Below are positions 59,226 to 64,000 of a DNA stretch of 64,000 nucleotides, in pieces (the stretch's first letter is position 1; every line of letters begins with the position of its first letter). The DNA is from Eledone cirrhosa (taxonomy: Eukaryota), in the NCBI GenBank assembly GCA_964016885.1, contig OZ024742.1, positions 201,996,001-202,060,000 on the forward strand, read 5' to 3'. The notes beneath the pieces were generated by a model that saw only the letters and a list, made by a program, of their open reading frames with translations, was not told the origin of the DNA and did not search any database. The position numbers and the translations under genes are program-made.

Positions 59226-62200
59226 GGTAGTCCTAGACGTGAACAGTATTGGAGGTGGAACCTTCAGACTGGTGGCCGCTTATGCCCCGACCGGGCAATT
59301 GCAATCACGGCCGGACTTCTTTAAGCGTCTAGAGTCTTTTCTGGGAACGTCTCGCTCCTTACTTTTAGTGGGGGACTGGAATGGTATCCTAGATGCACGA
59401 TGGGACTATGTGGGAGCATGTCCCAGTAGAGCGGGGTGCAACAGCCTCAAAACTTTAATCGGCCAATTCCAACTGGCCGATAGGTATCGACTGGATTTCC
59501 CGACTGCACCACAGTGGACGTGGGCAAACCGCAGTGGGACATCTATATCGTATTTAGATAGGTTCTTCATTAGAGAAAGGGACAAGGAGATGTTAAGCTG
59601 TCCACGAATGCACATGGTTGCCTATTCAGATGACAAGTTAGTCGTCTGCTTAGTCAACCGTGATAGAATACATAGACAGGGACCCGGATACTGGAAGCTG
59701 AACGTGTCGTTGCCGGCACGTAAAGCTTACAGTGAACGGATAAGTAGACTAGTCAAGCAACAGTTAACGGGAGCCATCGTCAACAATAGATGGTGGTACT
59801 CTCTCAAGAAAGCAATTAGAATAGAATCGATAGGGTATAGCAGAGAGTTGGCCTTAGAGAAAAACAGAATAGAAAGAGAACTAGTAGCCAAGATAGAGGA
59901 GGCACTTAGAAGTGGCAACGCGGCTAGAGTGTTAGCGTCGAGAACGGCACTGGACCAGTTCTTCGATGCGAAACACGAAGGCTTGGTGGTCAGAAGCAAA
60001 ACACGTGCTCTAGGAAACGAAGGAGCGAAAGCTGTCAGCTGGGCCCACGTGGCGGAGGTGAAAAGTGGCAACAAGTCCACGATTCGGTCTTTGAAAGACC
60101 AAAACGGACGCGTGCTACTTGACCCCAAGCAAATGTGCATGGCCTTTCAGCGGCACTTTGCGCGACTGTTTGAGCAGAACGACGGTGAGCCGAACGGGGC
60201 AATGGACTTCAGTTCATACCTCGACGGCCTGCCGCGTCTCTCGAACATGGACGCCGAGTTCTGCGAAAGACCGATCACGGACACTGAGATATGCGACGCT
60301 CTGGGCCGCTGCGGGAAACGTAAGTCACCCGGTCTAGATGGTCTACCCTACGAATTTTACATAGGCATGCCGGACTTGTTCTCTGGCGTCCTCGAAGCCG
60401 TCTACTGCAATTGGCAGCAGAACGGGAGAATTCCCAGTTCTGCAGGCAAGGGCGTAGTAACGCTGATCAGAAAAGACGAGAACAAGGGGGACGAAATTAA
60501 CAACTTCAGGCCCATAACTCTGCTCGACACAGAGTTAAAGATTTTGGCCAAGGTGCTAACGACGAGGTTGGCGTTTGTCGTCGAGAACCTGGTAGGGAAA
60601 GCGCAAACGTGTGCAATCCCGACCAGGTCCATACACGACAACCTCCACCTCATGCGATACATCATAGAGAGGGTGGGTAGTAAACCTGGCTTCGGAGGGG
60701 CTCTGATCAACTTGGATCAGTCTAAGGCATTTGATAGGGTCGACCATCAATACTTGGAAGCGGTTCTCAAGGCGGCCGGTTTTGGTCCCGTGTTCAGAGG
60801 ATGGATCGAGGCGATGCACACCAGCATCTGCGCGAGGGTCAAGGTGAACGGCTACCTATCGGAGCCGTTCGCAATCACGCGTTCCATTCGACAGGGGTGC
60901 CCTCTCTCCTCCATTCTGTATGTATTGACTCTAGAGCCACTACTGAAAAAATTGGAGCGGTTGCAGGGCATCCCTCTAGAACCGGGACTGCGCAAAGCGG
61001 CGTCGGCTTCTGCCGACGACGGTACGGTAATAGTGTCGAGCACCTCGGAAATCGGGGTGATCGGCAACTTACTGAAAGAATGCGAAACGCTGACGGGAGC
61101 AAAACTAAACCTGGACAAGTCTGTCGGTTTGCAACTCGGTACGTGGAGAGGCAAACCGATGACGTCCGACAGCGTCGTTGGACGCTGGACGGATGGACCC
61201 GTGAAATTGCTCGGGGTCTGGTTCGGTCCAGACCTCCAGGTGGAGAAAAACTGGAACGAGGTCACGGCCAAAGTGTTTGCACTCACCCAGAAGTGGGCAG
61301 AGTGCAAACTGTCCTTGAAAGGTCGAGCGGAGGTGGCAAACACTTTCATAGCGTCCGTCATCTACTACCGCTTGACTGTCGTGCCTTGTCCCCGTGAACA
61401 CCTCGCCAAGATGGAACGCATTCTCTTCCAGTTTCTGTGGAAGAAGCAGGCTCCGCTGGTGAGGAGATCCGTCTGCTGTCAGCACCCTTCCAACGGAGGG
61501 CTGGGAATGCCGTGGCTGATGATGCGCAAACATGCGCTGAGGCTCCGGCAACTCCAGGTATTTCTCACCGACCCCCAACCGGTGTGGGCACCGTTTGTGA
61601 GACAGGCTTTCCCACAGCTCGTCTCGCTGACGGAGCTGCAGTCCTGGGTGAAGAAAAGAGCGAAAACGATGGGCGCCTGGCACATTGAATGCACTCAGGC
61701 GCTCACAGTCCTCTGGCAAGCGGGCGCAGCAATCAGTGGAGATCAACTTCGACATTCTCTAGAGGGATTGTACTTTACAAGGGCGACGACGTGCTCGGAG
61801 AGACTCTGGGCGTCGAAGACGATGAGCTGACCAGTCTGTTTGGTAGGACTTTCCGCCCGGGACCTATGGACAACTTCCAGAGATCCCTGGCCTGGCAGTG
61901 TTACCGAGGAGCTCTACCGGTTCGTGACAAGATCTACAGGCACGGACGCCCCGGCTGAGATCCTTCCAAGAAGATGTGTCCAAGATGCGCGCAGGACATT
62001 GAAACAGTCCTGCACGCAATTGTACACTGCCTGGGCGTAACCGACCTGTAGAACTATGCAGAACAACTGCTGTCGCGTATGGGACAAATCCAGTTGACTG
62101 CTGAGTCCATAGTAAGGATCAAAGCGCCAGCCTCTTTCAAAAACGAAAGAGAGGCGGTTTCCTCTGTACGGTGGCTATGGTGAAAGAAGTTATATGGTGG

Positions 62201-62625
62201 AAGAGGTTGAGAGGACTGGGGACAGATGCCTTTCTCTCCGGACAACAATTGATTCCCTTCTTTAAGTATCACTTTAGAAGGAGAATCAGGGTGGAGAGAG
62301 AGGCACTGCACCCCAGTAAATGTACTGAAAGGTGGGTGAATGAAGCGAAAATGGCCTGAGTGATTGGGCCTTCTCTGTTTATAAGCCTGTAGGTTGAAGA
62401 AGAGAGCAAAAGGAAGAAAGGAGCACTTGCACAACATGCTCTTGGAGTTGAGGGTTGTTCTATCTACGGGGTATTAAACAACACATTTGTGGCGCCTCCC
62501 CCTATTTGAAATTTCGATTGTTGTAATTGTTTGTTTTTATATTTTTTACACGACTGTATGTAAAATCCCCGGCATCTCTTTGTATTGTCCCATTTTCTTG
62601 TGCGCCCTTGTGGCTAATAAAGAAA
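59224..62625 (+). mobile_element. 5'-truncated Tx1/L1-clade LINE (most of ORF2 + 3' UTR), inactivated
   Basis: APE motifs AYAP, GDWN, YLDRFF, SD; GYWKLN; RT with SADD in place of YADD; frameshift near 61745 and later stops; ends gtggctaataaagaaa followed by TATC. Confidence 0.93.
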
Positions 62626-62659
62626 TATATCTATCTATCTATCCATCTCTCTGTCTCTG

Positions 62660-62758
<99 letters not shown>

Positions 62759-62776
62759 ATATCCATATATATATTA

Positions 62777-62818
<42 letters not shown>

Positions 62819-63300
62819 CGTGCGTACGTGTAAGTGTATCTGTGTATGTGTGTGTTTCTACTATAAAAAGTATGTATACTTTGTAACACTTCATAAATTG
62901 TATTGTGTATATTCTTTCTGCTAAGCGAACTATTTTGTATTTATTTCCATCTTACGATTTAAACAAGATTATGTAAAACTATGTCTTATTGCATAAAGGA
63001 TCGTAAAAACTTTGCCCAATACATGGTTGTGTGTTTAAGAATTGTTCAGTGTTCTGATAATTGTGGTTCCGTTTTTAAACACATTTTACAGCAGGTAAAT
63101 CGACACTAACTTATAACACCCTCTTGTTGGAAGTTTAGCAGTGGTGGCCATATAGCTGCCCATCTGCTTCTCGTAATATGTATTCATCACAAGCGTTCCT
63201 ATCAAAAAGCAGTTTGAAACAATTATAGATTATATCTAAAAGCATTTGCTAACACCAAGCCGAATGAAAGATTTTATCGGGCGGAAATAGTGTCAGATGG

Positions 63301-63346
<46 letters not shown>

Positions 63347-63352
63347 CTCTCA

Positions 63353-63389
<37 letters not shown>

Positions 63390-63393
63390 GCCC

Positions 63394-63448
<55 letters not shown>

Positions 63449-64000
63449 GCATACATATACATACATATATATATATATATACATACATACATGCAAACAT
63501 ATATATATATATATGTATATATATATATTTATATATATATATTTATATATATATATTTATATATTCAGGTTTGAGGTTCACCACTGGATAGAGCTGGTCA
63601 ATTCCGTATGGTCAATCTTAATGTAATAATATGGAGAGTACTCAACGTAAAGCAGTTCAACCGTCTTCGTTTTTGTAGTTGGTGGTGCTATTACGGAGTT
63701 AAATATTATAATAAAATGACAGGAGGTTGGACTTGTGTAAATCCTTGACCGGGTCCGTATGAATCCGGTGATATCATCAGGTATTCGAAATATAATAAAT
63801 GAATGTAATAGATAAAATCGATGGGGCTGAAAATCCAAGATCGGAGGACGACCGACATCTAGCATCTTCCACTTTTGCCGGTCGCCCTCAAGTGAGGGGG
63901 CTAAACCTTATAGTGTGCTACTACCGGTCAAATATAGGAAAACAGAAAGGGAGAGGAAGATAAGTCAGCGTTAATATCATGCCACAAGAAAAAAGACACA

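Noticed and set aside
63565-63790. Minus-strand CTGATGA with a long stem, and the 95-aa ORF 63578-63865
   Set aside because: No GAAA/stem III/stem I partner; ORF has no recognisable motif

Overview
Eukaryotic, very AT-rich, microsatellite-saturated DNA. The repeat content (tRNA-headed SINE with a MetaSINE-like core, abundant (TA)n) suggests a cephalopod, probably octopus; this is inference. The window appears to be intronic sequence of one minus-strand nicotinic acetylcholine receptor subunit gene. Only two host exons were found, 49490-49599 and 38320-38429. They are homologous 110-bp loop-A exons with identical phase, so they look like mutually exclusive exons; one keeps the agonist-binding Tyr (LYNN) and the other has Phe (LFNN). 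The rest is a transposon community partitioned by microsatellite: an intact R4/Dong-type RLE retrotransposon plus a truncated copy at (AAT)n, five Tx1/L1-clade pieces at (TATC)n, and Penelope-like elements at (TA)n. The Penelope-like insertions form a size series of fold-back palindromes (3.5 kb down to about 0.35 kb), most carrying type I hammerhead ribozyme motifs, several with non-canonical cores. There are also stand-alone hammerheads, a covarying 76-nt structured RNA motif, MITEs and SINEs. Almost all short ORFs in the supplied track are microsatellite or antisense artefacts.
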